From assembly GCA_030390025.1 (NCBI GenBank), contig CM059432.1, forward strand, positions 3,224,001 through 3,288,000: 64,000 nucleotides of DNA. Reading direction: 5' to 3'. The number at the start of each line of letters is the position of its first letter. Within the stretch, counting starts at the first letter, position 1. Shown here in pieces: positions 38,401 to 50,856 of the stretch. The position numbers and the translations under genes are program-made. The notes under the pieces were generated by a model. The model had not been told where the DNA came from. It saw nothing but the letters and a program-made list of their open reading frames with translations, and did no database searches. The DNA comes from Squalus acanthias (taxonomy: Eukaryota).

Positions 38401-40560
38401 CATCGTTAAGAATGTCTGTGTACACGGACACCGAGGTCACTCTGCTCGTGGTGAAGTCGATTGCAAATATAAAATTCAAAAACAGCAATCGCAAAGGGAC
38501 AGGAGACTGGAGCGGAGAAGCAGAGTTGAAGACAAACCATCCGACTCGAGCGCAGTGCGCTCCTTCCTTGCTGTCACGTCTATGAATTATGTAAGTCAAC
38601 AAAAAGAACGCGGGCTGCTTTAATGCTGCATGGCCCTGCAGACATTAATAACCCATGAATATTCCCTGTCGGTATAGTCTGGCTTTGAATATTTGGAATG
38701 ATTAATTGCCAAATTATTCTCCCCCGCACCGACTATATTAAAAAAATTAATTTCATTCATGAAAAAATTAACTTCCATTCTGCGTACATTCGCCTCAGAT
38801 AACAGGCAACCTCAAAATGCTCCGCTTTATACAGAGCCACTTGACCAATGCTCTACTCAGAATTAAATTAATTCGACAAAAAGAGGACGGAGCCGACGCA
38901 TCAATTCACAATTTTTGTACTTTTCAAAAAAAAAAAATCCAATTTCAATTGGCCTTTGATAATGGGATTAGAGCAGGTCAGCATTCAGTTGCTGCTTAAA
39001 CCACATTATTTTAATTGGCTGGAGAATGGAGATTTTTTTTTTTTTTTTTAATTCATCCTGCCGGATAAAATTACATTAGATTTTGAAGGACTTTTGTCAG
39101 CTGTGTCTCAGTGGGCAGCACTCTCGCCTCAGAGTCAGAAGGTTGTGGGTTCAAGTCCCACTCTAGGGACCTGAGCACATAAAGCTAGGCTGACACTCCC
39201 AGTGCAGTGCTGAGGGAGTGCTGCACTGTCGGAGGTGCCGTCTTTCAGATGAGACGTTAAACCGAGGCCCCGTCTGCTCTCTCGGGTGGACGTAAAAGAT
39301 CCCAGGGCACTATTTCGAAGAGGAGCAGGGAAGTTATCCCCGGTGTCCTGGGCCAATATTTATCACTCAATCAACATCACTAAAAACAGATGATCCGGTC
39401 ATTATCATGTTGCTGTTTGTGGGAGCTTGCTGTGCGCAAAATGGCTGCCGCGTTTCCTACATTACAACAGTGACTCCATTGGTTGTAAAGCACTTTGGGA
39501 CGACTGGAGGCCGTGAAAGACGCTATAGAAATGCAAGTTTCTCTTTTTAGCTTGCTCCTCCACACAGTATCCAACATTGTTCCTGCAGATCAATACACAT
39601 CACCCATGTTTTTAGTTCCACGAATGAAACATTAAAAAAAAAAGGATCAATACAAACAGGCAAGGCTAATTATTCCACATTAACCCCTTGTCCAGCATAA
39701 ATTGGTTGTGCGCGACTAACTACTACTGCTGGAGAAGCATCTATCTCCACTCGTGTTTCATTAAAGAACTCTCTCTTTGGTCGCAAAAATCTTCATTAAC
39801 TTAAAAAAAAAATCAAGTCTTTTGTGAAATCTAAAAAGCAATTTATAAAGGGGCATTTTTAACACAACGGCTAAATTTCCAATCAATCCCTGATGCTAGA
39901 TTAGCAAATCTAAATTTATACAGCACTCGTAAGAAACTAATGGGAAAATGGGATTGGAGTGGATTTTACATAGAATTTTACAGCACAGAATCAGGCCATT
40001 CGGCCCAACTGGCCCGTGCCGGTGTTTGTGCTCCACATGAGCCTCCTCCCACCCCTACTTCATCTCACCCTATCAGCTTAACCCTCGCCTCTGAGTCAGA
40101 AGGTTGTGGGTTCAAGTCCCACTCTGGAGACTTGAGCACAAAAAAAAAATCTAGGCTGACACTCCTGGAGTCCTGGGGCCAATATTCATCCCTCAATCCA
40201 CATCACTAAAACAGATGACCTGGTCATTATCACGTTGCTGTTTGTGGGAGCTTGCTTGCACAAATTGGCTGCCGCGTTTCCCACATTAAAACAGTGACTA
40301 CACTTCAAAAAGGTACTTCATTGGCTGTAAAGCGCTTTGGGACGTCCCGAGGTTGTGAAAGGCGCTATAGAAATGCAAGTCTTTCTTTTTCTTTTATTCC
40401 TTTCTCCCTCATGTGTTTATCGAGATTCCCCTTAAATGCATCGATACTATTCGCCTCAACCACTCCCTGTGGCAGCGAGTTCCACATTCTCACCACTCTC
40501 TGGGTAAAGAAGTTTCTCCTGAATTTCCTTTAGGATTTATTAGTGACCACACTTCAAAAA

Positions 40561-40742
40561 TGTGAGAAGTCGCACAACACCAGGTTATAGTCCAACAGCT
40601 TTATTTGAAATCACAAGCTTTCGGAGCGCTGCTCCTTCGTCAGGTGAAGCTTGTGATTTCAAATAAAGCTGTTGGACTATAACCTGGTGTTGTGCGACTT
40701 CTCACATTTGTCCACCCCAGTCCAACACCGGCATCTCCACAT
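40561..40742. mobile_element. Penelope-type inverted terminal-repeat insertion (family B) with 13-bp TSD
   Basis: Perfect 60-bp inverted arms at 40561-40620 / 40647-40706; TSD cacacttcaaaaa at 40548-40560 / 40743-40755; inserted in a SINE tail. Confidence 0.8.
40611..40647 (-). ncRNA. Minimal type I hammerhead ribozyme motif (family B), sense to cdh2 intron 15
   Basis: Reverse complement reads TCAC-CTGACGA-A-GGAGC-agc-GCTCC-GAAA-GCTT-GTGA. Confidence 0.78.
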
Positions 40743-42549
40743 CACACTTCAAAAAGGTACTTCATTGGCTGTAAAGCGCTTTGGGATCGTCCTAAGGTCG
40801 TGAAAGGCGCTATAGAAATGCACGTCTGTCTCTCTTTTCATATTGACGGCCCCTAGTTTTGGACTCCTCTCAAGTGCAAGTATCTTCCTTATGTCTACCC
40901 TAAAGACGCAGCGAGTTCCACATTCTCAGCACGCTCTGGGTAAAGAAGTTCCTCCCGAATTTCCTCTTGGATTTACTAGCTTGTATCGATGGCCCCTAGT
41001 TTTGCTCTCCCCCCACAAGATAACTCCACAATGCTGCTTCATCTGCATTAGTTAGTTACACTGCCTATGCTTTCTGTTACTTCAGGTTTAAGCCCGACAG
41101 CGGCCTGAACAATATATATATATTATTTACATTTCAAACTGAAAGGGTGCGCTCTCTTTATCGCTGCAGTTGGGGGCAACAACAACTTGTATTTATATAG
41201 CGTCTTTAAGACAGTAAAACGTCCCAGGGCGCTTCACAGGAGCGATCATCAAATAAAATCTGACACCCAGCCATATAAGGAGATATTAGGACAGGTGACC
41301 AAAAGCTGGGTCGAAGAGGTTGGTTTTAAGGAGCGTCTTAAAGCAGGGGAGAGAGGCGGAGAGGTTTAGGGAGGGAATTCCAGAGCTTGGGGGCCCAGGC
41401 AGCTGAAGGCACGGCCGAATATATACGGAAGGGAGAGACAATGCACCCTGGACTGAATATCTGGTAAACCGCTCATCTTTGGTGACAACAGATCTGCTGT
41501 AATAACAGTCTCACCCACTGAATCCCATTCAGCTCACCTAAAAAAATAGTTTAATTGCATCAACATCACAAGTACAATTTAATTCACGGCTTCACAGTGC
41601 AATTTCAGGTGCACAAATTAACTGTATTACAGAGTTCACCCACCTGAAGCATAAAAAGATAGTTTTTAACGTACAGTATAAAGCCGGCCTTGCATTTCTC
41701 CAGCGCCTTTCACGACCTCAGGATGTCCCAAAGCACTTCACAGCCAATGAAGTACCTTTTTGAAGTGTGGTCACTGTTGTAATGTAGGAAACACGGCAGC
41801 CAATTTGCGCACAGCAAGCTCCCACAAACAATGTGATAATGATCAGTTCATCTGTTTTAGTGATGTTGGTTGAGGGATAAATATTGGCCCCAGGACACCG
41901 GGGGAACTCCCCTGCACTTCTATGAAATAGTGGCCATGGGATCTTTTACGTCCACCCGAGAGAGTCTCAGTTTGACTCATCTGAAAGACGGCACCTCCGA
42001 CAGTGCAGCACTGGAGTGTCAGCCTAGATTTTTGTGCTCAAGTCTACTGTACCAGCACATTCGGCCCATCGTGCCTGTGCCGGCTCTTTGAAAGAGCTCT
42101 CCAGTTAGTCCCACACCCCCTGCTCTCTCCCCAGAGCCCTGCACCTTTTCCGCTTCAAGTATTTAACCAATTCCATTTTGAAAAAGTTACTATTGAATCT
42201 GCTTCCACTGCCCTTTCAGGCAGCGCGTTCCAGATCACAACAACTCGCTGCAAAATAAAATTCTCATCTCATCCCTCTGGTTCTTCTGCCAAATATCTTA
42301 AATCTGTGTCCTCTGGTTACCAACCCTCCTGACAGTGGAAACAATTTCTCCCTATCTACTCCATCAAAACTCCTCATAATTTTGAACACCTCTATTAAAT
42401 CTCCTCTTAACCTTCTCTGCTCTAAGGAGAACAATCCCAGCTTCTCCAGTCTCTCCACACAACTGAATTCCCTCATTTCTGGTAACATAGTCAGAGTTAT
42501 ACAGCACAGAAAGAGGCCCTTCGGCCCATCGTGTCTGCGCCGGCCATCA

Positions 42550-43210
<661 letters not shown>

Positions 43211-43689
43211 AACTGCCAATGAGCTGGTAGGCGCAAGAGACATCAAGAGGGACGTACAAGAAAAGAAAAGAAAAGAACGGCTTGCTTTTCTACAGCGTCT
43301 TCCACAACCTTGTGAGTCGCCTCAACTACTCCTTGTTGCAGCGAGTTCCACATTCTAATCACTCTCTAGGTCAAGAAGTTTCTCCTCAACTTCCTATTGG
43401 ATTGAATGGCAGAACAGGCTCGAGGGGCTGAATGGCCTTCTCCCGTTTCCACATTACTAAATCATGAACTGGCTCAGCGACCCCCTTCCCACCCACACAA
43501 CTAAACTAGAGCCCTGCATATTGAAGAACAGTGGGTGATTCAAGCCTCATTTAACTGCTTGTGGTGTGGTTTAATGTACGACATCACTCAAAGATCGCAA
43601 AGGTTTTTTAAAAAAAAAAATTAGGAAATAGATAAAGAAAGCCAAACTCGGTGTACACAACTAAAAAACAAAAGTTTTAACCCTGCAAA

Positions 43690-44445
43690 CCTCAACGCCT
43701 CCACCCCTTCGCCCGGCACCTTCTGTGCAAGCGCAGGAGATGCAACACCTGCCCTTTTACCTCCTGCCTTCCCACTGTCCAGGGCCACAAACACTCCTTC
43801 CAGGTGAAACAGCGATTTACTTGTACTTCTTGCAATTTAGTATACTGTATTCGCTGCTCACGATGGGGACATTGGGGAGACCAAACGCAGATTGGGTGAC
43901 CGCTTTGCGGAACATCTCCGTTCAGTCCGTAAGCGTGACCCCGAGCTTCCGGTCGCCTGTCACTTTAATTCTTTGCCCACTTCCACTGTTCCAATGAAGC
44001 TCAACATAAGCTCGAGGAACAGCGCCTCATCTTTCGATTAGGCACTTTACAGCCTTCTGGACTCAACATCGAGTTCAACTATTTCAGATCAGAACCTCTG
44101 CCCCCATTTTATTGGACGGCAGTTGTTACTGATGATTCTGCCATTCCCAGTGACACCTCCTCTAGACTCATCTTTTGTTTCTTTACTTGTCCCATTGCCA
44201 TCTCCTTTCACCTCGCACCATCATCCCTTTTGTCATTTAGTTCCTCCCCTTCCCGCCTTTCCCAGTCTCTGTACTCGCTTAAAACCCGTTACATCTCTAA
44301 CCTTGTCCAGTTCTGACGAAGGGCCATCGACCTGAGACGTTGACTCGGTTTCTCTCTCTCCGCAGATGCTGCCTGACCCGCTGAGCATTTCCACCACCTC
44401 CTGTTTTTTTATTTCAGATTTCCAGCACCCGCAGTATTTCGGCTT
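43690..44445 (+). mobile_element. Penelope-like (Neptune-type) 3' fragment: Cys-rich linker, GIY-YIG remnant and terminal repeat
   Basis: CKRRRCNTCP..HSFQVKQRFTCTSCNLVYCIRCS..IGETKRRLGDRFAEHLRSV..RKLEEQ.LIFRLGTLQPSGLN; disrupted. Confidence 0.85.
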
Positions 44446-44475
44446 TTGTAAAAAAAAACGTTCCTGGGTACTTAC

Positions 44476-44709
44476 TCAGCAAGATGATGATGCAGAGCAG
44501 GATTGCGATGATCGCCCCAGTTCCCAAGCCGGCAGCAACGATAGCTTCAACAGAGGTGCAGTCGCCGTTTTCATCACAAGGGCAGACTTTGACCAGAAGG
44601 ACAGACGTGGCAGACTTGGGAGGGTTTCCAGAGTCCATAATCATGATCGGAACTTCGTAGATGCCATCATCGAGGATTCCAATCCTCAAACTCAACTGTG
44701 CATAATCGC
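44476..44709 (-). CDS. cdh2: N-cadherin coding exon (exon 13 equivalent, EC5 plus start of TM helix), 234 bp
   Basis: [77 protein letters not shown]; acceptor ttcag, donor gtaagt. Confidence 0.96.
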
Positions 44710-44915
44710 CTGAATAAAAGAAGCGAGCTGTGAGAAACCCCCAAAACATCCACAGAACAAACACTCCGGTGGTTTGTCACCAAACTATGTGTTGTAAGGT
44801 ACACCTGGCACTTGTCAAAAAAAGACAAGATGTGGAGATGCCGGTGTTGGACTGGGGTGGACAAATGTGAGAAGTCGCACAACACCAGGTTATAGTCCAA
44901 CAGCTTTATTTGAAA

Positions 44916-44952
44916 TCACAAGCTTTCGGAGCGCTGCTCCTTCCTCAGGTGA
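44916..44952 (-). ncRNA. Minimal hammerhead ribozyme motif (family B), sense to cdh2 intron 12
   Basis: Reverse complement reads TCAC-CTGAGGA-A-GGAGC-agc-GCTCC-GAAA-GCTT-GTGA. Confidence 0.75.
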
Positions 44953-45067
44953 AGTGAAGAGATGCATATAGGCACAGCATATATAAAGGGCAGTTAGAAA
45001 GATTAACTGTAATCATCTGGCAGTGTTCTCTGACTATATATGCTGTGCCTATATACATCTCTTCACT

Positions 45068-45104
45068 TCACCTGACGAAGGAGCAGCGCTCCGAAAGCTT
45101 GTGA
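45068..45104 (+). ncRNA. Minimal hammerhead ribozyme motif (family B), antisense to cdh2
   Basis: TCAC-CTGACGA-A-GGAGC-agc-GCTCC-GAAA-GCTT-GTGA. Confidence 0.78.
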
Positions 45105-46057
45105 TTTCAAATAAAGCTGTTGGACTATAACCTGGTGTTGTGCGACTTCTCAAAAAAAGACAAGGTATTATTAATTGTAAAATTATCCCAATTGTTACAC
45201 AGCGCCTTTATCGTAGTAAAACGTCCCGAGACGCTTCACAGGAGCGATTCCCAAACAAAATGTGACACTGAGCCACAGAAGGAGATATTAGGGACAGGTG
45301 ACCAAAAGCCTGGTCCAAGAGGCCGGTTTTAAGGAGCGTCTTCAAGGAGGAGAGAGGGGCGGAGAGGTTTAGGGAGTGAATTCCAGAGCTCGGGACCCAG
45401 GCATCTGAAGGCACGGCCGCCAATGGTGGAGCGATGAAAATCGGGGATGCGCAAGAGGCCAGAATTGGGATGAGCGCAGAGATCTCGGGGGGTCGTAGGG
45501 CTGGAGGGGGGTTACAGAGATAGGGGGGGCGGGGGGAAGGCCATAGTAGGTTTTGAAAACAAGGATTAGAATTTTAAAATCGAGGACCAGAAGCCAATGT
45601 AGGTCAGTGAGCACAGGGGGTGATGGGTGAATGGGCAGCAGAGTTTTGGATGACCTCAAGGTTACAGAGGGTGGAAGATGGGAGGCCGGCAGGGAGAGCA
45701 TTGGAGTAAAGTCTGGAGGCAAGAAAGGCATGGAGGAGGGTTCCACGAGCAAACAGCCAGCCTGGGATGATTTTAGCGACCTATCCACTTAAACCCCCTC
45801 AAAGATCTCTCTCCTACAGTACTGGCAAACAACCTGCTCCTTTGGCACCTGCAGCTGCTGAGAGGAGCCCGGCAGTCACCAGGGGAATTATCCTCACATT
45901 TTCCATTCTTGTCTCCAAGCACCAGCCTCTTCTGTCGCCTCCACAATACAGTGGCTGAGAACAGAAAACTCGATGCGTGCTGTGGGCAGGAACCACATCT
46001 TCTGCTGAACGCCACGAGGAGGTCATCACTGCAACCCCTTTTAGTACATCGGCTGCG

Positions 46058-46649
46058 ACGTTAAACCGAAGCCCATCTGCCCTTTCTCAGACGGGCGTAA
46101 AAGATCCCACGGCCACTATTAGGAAGAGGAGCAGGGGAGTTCTCCGGTGTCCTGCGGCCAATATTTATCCCTCAACCAGCATCACTTAGTAGATTATCTG
46201 GTCATGATCACATTGCTGTTTGTGGGAGCTTGCTGTGCACAAATTGGCTGTCGTGTTTCCTACATTTCAACAGTGACTACACTTCAAAAAGTACTTCATT
46301 GGCTGTAAAGCCCTTTGGGATGTCCTGAGGTTAGAAGACTTGCATTTCTATAGTGCCTTTTACAACATCAGTAAGCCCCAAAGTGCTTTACAGCCAATGA
46401 ATTACTTCTTTTTTGAAGTGTAGTCACTGTTGTAATGTAGGAAATGCGGCAGCCAATTTGCGCACAGCAAGCTCCCACAAACAGCAATGTGATCATGACC
46501 AGATAATCTACTAAGTGATGCTGGTTGAGGGATAAATATTGGCCGCAGGACACTGGAGAACTCCCCTGCTCTTCTTTGAAATAGTGCCCTTGGGATCTTT
46601 AACGTCCACCTGAGAGAGCAGACGGGGCCTCGGTTTAACGTCTCATCCC
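46058..46649. mobile_element. Inverted pair of DeuSINE 3' halves (tail to tail)
   Basis: + copy at ~46058-46332, - copy at ~46334-46649. Confidence 0.85.
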
Positions 46650-46920
46650 AAACTTCGTGAAGTTTCTCATAGTAGTCATGTGGTGACACAGCAGAATCCG
46701 ACTGCCACAGTAAATCATCTGGCCTACAGAGAGGGGAGGGGGAAACGGCAGGGGTCAAGAACGAGAACTTTCATTTCTATAGCACCTGGTGTTTCTCAAA
46801 AATATCCCTAAAGCACTTCACATATATTGAAGAACTCTGTGGGAGAATGATTGTTGTTATGTAGTCTGTAGCAATGTATGTTGAATTAATGCTGGCAAAT
46901 TTTATGGAACTACAACCCAA

Positions 46921-47210
46921 TGTGACTCAGTGAGCAGCTCTCTCTCTCGCCTCTGAGTCAGAAGGTCGTGGGTTCAAGTCCCCACTCCAGAGACTCGAGC
47001 ACATAAAGCTAGGCTGACACTCCCAGTGCAGTGCTGAGGGAGTGCTGCACTGTCGGAGGTGCCGTCTTTCGGATGAGACGGCGCAGCACTCCCTCAGTAC
47101 TGGCACTGGGAGCGTCGGCCTGGATCTTTGTGCTCGAGTCTCTGGAGTGGGACTTGAACCCACAACCGTCTGACTCAGAGGCGAGAGAGAGAGCTGCCCC
47201 ACTCAGCCAC
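46921..47210. mobile_element. Inverted pair of DeuSINE 5' halves
   Basis: + head at ~46921-47080, - head at ~47083-47210. Confidence 0.85.
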
Positions 47211-47309
47211 AGGTTGTGAAAGGCGCTAGGTAAACGCCAAGTCTTTCTTCTACAAAGTAAATTCACTTGTTGCCTGCGACAGAAACACGAGGGTTTCGGT
47301 TCCCCTTAC

Positions 47310-47543
47310 CACTGAGACGTGTTATGGTCCAGTTCCTCTTCACATCGGCCGGGTCATCGGGCAGCTCGAAGGCGAAGGGCCCGGTGTTCGGATCAATATC
47401 CGCGTCTATTGCGGTGATATTAATGGCGTTGGGATCCGGCTTCTCGCAAATGGAGACCTCGTGTGGGAACACCCCTGGGGCATTGTCATTGATATCGAGC
47501 AGCAAGATTTGCAGCGTGCCCGTTCCACTCGCAGGGGGGATAC
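47310..47543 (-). CDS. cdh2: N-cadherin coding exon (exon 12 equivalent, EC4-EC5), 234 bp
   Basis: [78 protein letters not shown](G); DINDNAP calcium-binding linker; acceptor gtacag, donor gtaagg. Confidence 0.96.
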
Positions 47544-48039
47544 CTGTACATGACGGAGGGGGGATGATTAGCACTCGATTCTTCATTCCTTTCGCAAAAA
47601 AGGTACACTCGCGAGCGACGTTGCTCCATTTATACGGCGGAACTTCAAGTTGCCATTTGAAGTCAGACAAAATACCGTCCTTCACATGGCCAAAACTTTG
47701 TAGAAAGTTTTCAAAAACAAAATACACTTCAAGCCGCATTTTCCTGTCCCAAGGTCACAGGTTTAAATGATATTTCCATAGCTCAGCAAGCTAAGAGAGG
47801 GGTTAAGGCAAATCACCAGCACAAAATCACACAGAAACAGTTCACACCAGATTGCCGAGTATCCGAGGGATTATACTCCAACAAGTCAACCACCGATCTT
47901 AGTCCTGAAATGTGTTACCCCAGACGTGACTCCAGATGTGACAGCATTCCCATTGAAAAAGAATTGTGGGCATGAAATCAGCACATCGCTTCCAATGTTT
48001 CCCCCTTGAATATAGGTTTCAAATTCTGAGGGGCTTGTC

Positions 48040-48730
48040 TATAAAATTATGAGGGGCCCAGATAGAGTGGATAGGAAGGACCTATTTCCCTTAGCAGAGA
48101 GGTCAATAACCAGGGGGCAGTGATTTAAAGTAATTGGTAGAAGGATTAGAGGGGAGTTGAGATGGTCGGGGAGTCCAGAACCAGGGGTCACAGTCTAAGG
48201 ATATGGGGTCAGCCATTTAGGACAGAAATGAGGAGGAATTTCTTCACCCAGAGAGTGGTGAACCTGTGGAATTCTCTACCACAGAAGGCAGTAGAGGCCA
48301 ATTCATTAAATAGATTCAAGAAGGAGTTGGATATATTTCTTAAGGCTAAAGGGATCAAGGGATATGGGGAGAAAGCAGGGACAGGGTACTGAATTTGGAT
48401 GGTCAGCCTTGATCGCATTGAATGGCGGAGCAGGCTAGAGGGGCCGAATGGCCTACTCCTGCTCCTATCTTCTATGTTTCTATGAGGAGAACTTTCTTCA
48501 CCCAGAGGGTGGTGGGGGTCTGGAACTCACTGCCTGAAAGGGTGGTAGAGGCAGAAACCCTCATCGCATTTAAAAAATACTTGGATAGGCACTTGGAAGT
48601 GCCGTAACCTACAGGGCCACGGACCAAGAGCTGGAAAGTGGGATTAGGCTGGAGAGCTATTTGTCGGTCGGCATAGACACGATGGGCCGAATGGCCTCCT
48701 TCTGTGCCGTAAACTTCCATGATTCTATGA
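48040..48730 (+). mobile_element. CR1 fragment with a second CR1 tail nested at ~48162-48484
   Basis: The outer copy text ggagttgag|gagaactttcttcacc is interrupted by a different CR1 subfamily. Confidence 0.8.
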
Positions 48731-50619
48731 TTTCAAAAGAGATTGTGCAAAGCACAAAATATTATAAACCCACAGCACAAAGCAGCTCAATTCACATTCA
48801 CACTCACACTGACTCCAACTGCACCGGAACCAATCTGTAAAGGAATGTAGAGCACCATTAAACCCTTTGTTAACATCTTTACCCAGTTCACGTAATCCGC
48901 TTTGTTTTTTTTAAACCCGGTTAACTGGTTGCGCAAACAGGATACTATCTTGAAGATTGTGTGTATGATTTATATCCCGCTCACAGCTCTGAGTGAAGCT
49001 CAAGTGCATGGTCAGCCGAAGTGAGCAATACCAATCGAATCTCAAGATCATAATTAGGATTCTTCACTTTCACTGAGCGGCGAGCCAGCTTCTTGAACCA
49101 CTGCAGTCCGTGTGGTGAAGGTGCTCCCACAGTGCTTTTAGGGAGGGAGTTCCAGGATTTTGACCCAGCGACGATGAAGGAACGGCCGATATATTTCCAA
49201 GTCAGGATGGTGTGTGTGACTTGGAGGGGAACTTGGAGGTGGTGGTGTTCCCCATGCGCCTGCTGCCCTTGCCCTTCTAGGTGGAAGGGGTGGCGGGTTT
49301 GGGAGGTGCTGCCGAAGAAGCCTTGGTGAGTTGCTGCAGTGCATCTTGTAGATGGTACACACTGCAGCCACGGTGCGCCGGTGGCGGAGGGAGTGAAAGG
49401 TGGTGGATGGGCTGCCGATCAAGTGGACTACTTTGTCCTGAGCGGTTTCGAGCTTCTTGAGTGTTGCAGTTGCAGGCAAGTGGAGAGTATTCCATCACAC
49501 TCCTGAATTGTGTCTTGTAGGTGGTGGAGAAGATTTGGGGAGTCAGGAGGTGAGACACTCACCACAGAATACCCAGCCTCTGACCTACTCTTGTAGCCAT
49601 GGCATTTATGTGATGGTGGGGGATTCGACGATGGTAATGCCGTTGAATGTCAAGGGGAGGTGGTTAGACTCTCTCTTCTTGGAGATAGTCATTGCTGGTC
49701 ACAAATGTTAGTTGCCAGGTTGTCCAGGTCTTGCTGCATGCGGGCACAGATAATCCTTTGTGTGCAGAGAGTGTTCCTGCAGTAGCTGATGACCCAATGA
49801 CGTTAGTCGATATCAATATCGACATTGGCCTTTGGGCGGATGTAGTCTATTTGAGATGGAAGGACTGGGAGAGATGGTGGGTGAGATGGTTAATGGAAGG
49901 GGAGGGGGGGATTGTCCAGCTGACTTGCTCCATAAGCTGCTGCTGAAGGGCTCTCGCTGGAGGCGACTGTTGGGAGCCCTCCCACTTCCTCACCATCCAA
50001 CATCAGTGTTGCCTCCCACATCGTGCTGAGGGTCCTCCTCCAACGGCAGCTCCATCGCGTTATCCCCAGTGCAGACCAATCCTCCCGCAGCTTACAACTG
50101 TCCACTTTTACACCAACGCTCTTTGCGTGCTGTATTGCAGGTAGCTTCCAGCTCCTTCCAGGCATCAGAATCATTGCACGAGGGCTCCAACGGTCTTCTC
50201 ACTAATTGTATTACATAGAATGTACAGCGCGGAAACAGACCATTCAGCCCAAATGGTCCGTGCCGGTGTTTATGCTCCACATGAATCTCCTCCCACTCCT
50301 ACTTCATCTAACGCTATCACCATATCCTTCTATTCCTTTCTCCCTCATGTGTTTATCCAGCTTCCCCTTAAAAGCATCTGTGCTATTCGCCTCAACCACT
50401 CCCTGTGGCAGCGAGTTCCACATTCTCACCACTCTCTGGGTGAAGAGCAGTTGATCGCGGCGCAGTGTGGTTGCCCAGCCTGGGTTCGCGAAAGGAGCCA
50501 CGAGCCAAGTGTGCAGGGGGCAGCATCTCACTGGCTGTGCAGGGGTCAAGGGTGGAAGGATGGGCGCAGGAAAGTGGGCACAGGCCCATCACAAACCCTT
50601 CACATATCAATAAGAGTCA

Positions 50620-50856
50620 TCACAGAATCCCCACAGTGCAGATAGAGGCCATTTCGGCCCATCGAGCCTGCACCGACACATATCCCACCCTATCCCCGTA
50701 ACCCCATGTATTTAATCCCCCCTAACACTAAGGGTCAATTTATCATAGCCAAATCAACCTAACCCGCACATCTTTGGACTGTGGGAGGAAACCGGAGCAC
50801 CCGGAGGAAACCCACGCAGACACGGGGAGAATGTGCAAACTCCACACAGACAGTCA
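50620..50856 (-). mobile_element. HE1-like V-SINE, 5'-truncated
   Basis: Reverse complement of the V-domain plus a short tail gggccgaaatggcctctatctgcactgtggggattctgtga. Confidence 0.85.

Larger units (their letters stand above)
44830..45149. mobile_element. Penelope-type inverted terminal-repeat insertion (family B) with 15-bp TSD
   Basis: Inverted arms at ~44868-44985 / ~45035-45151; TSD tcaaaaaaagacaag at 44815-44829 / 45150-45164; nearly identical to 40561-40742. Confidence 0.82.

Noticed and set aside
44309..44346. Additional active hammerhead
   Set aside because: GAAA is mutated to GAGA and helix II is mismatched. The copies near 2580, 58581-58603 and 61995 lack the CTGAnGA half.
49770..50200. 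Possible coding remnant in intron 11
   Set aside because: No frame gave a motif I could recognise, and there are no convincing splice sites; left unclassified.
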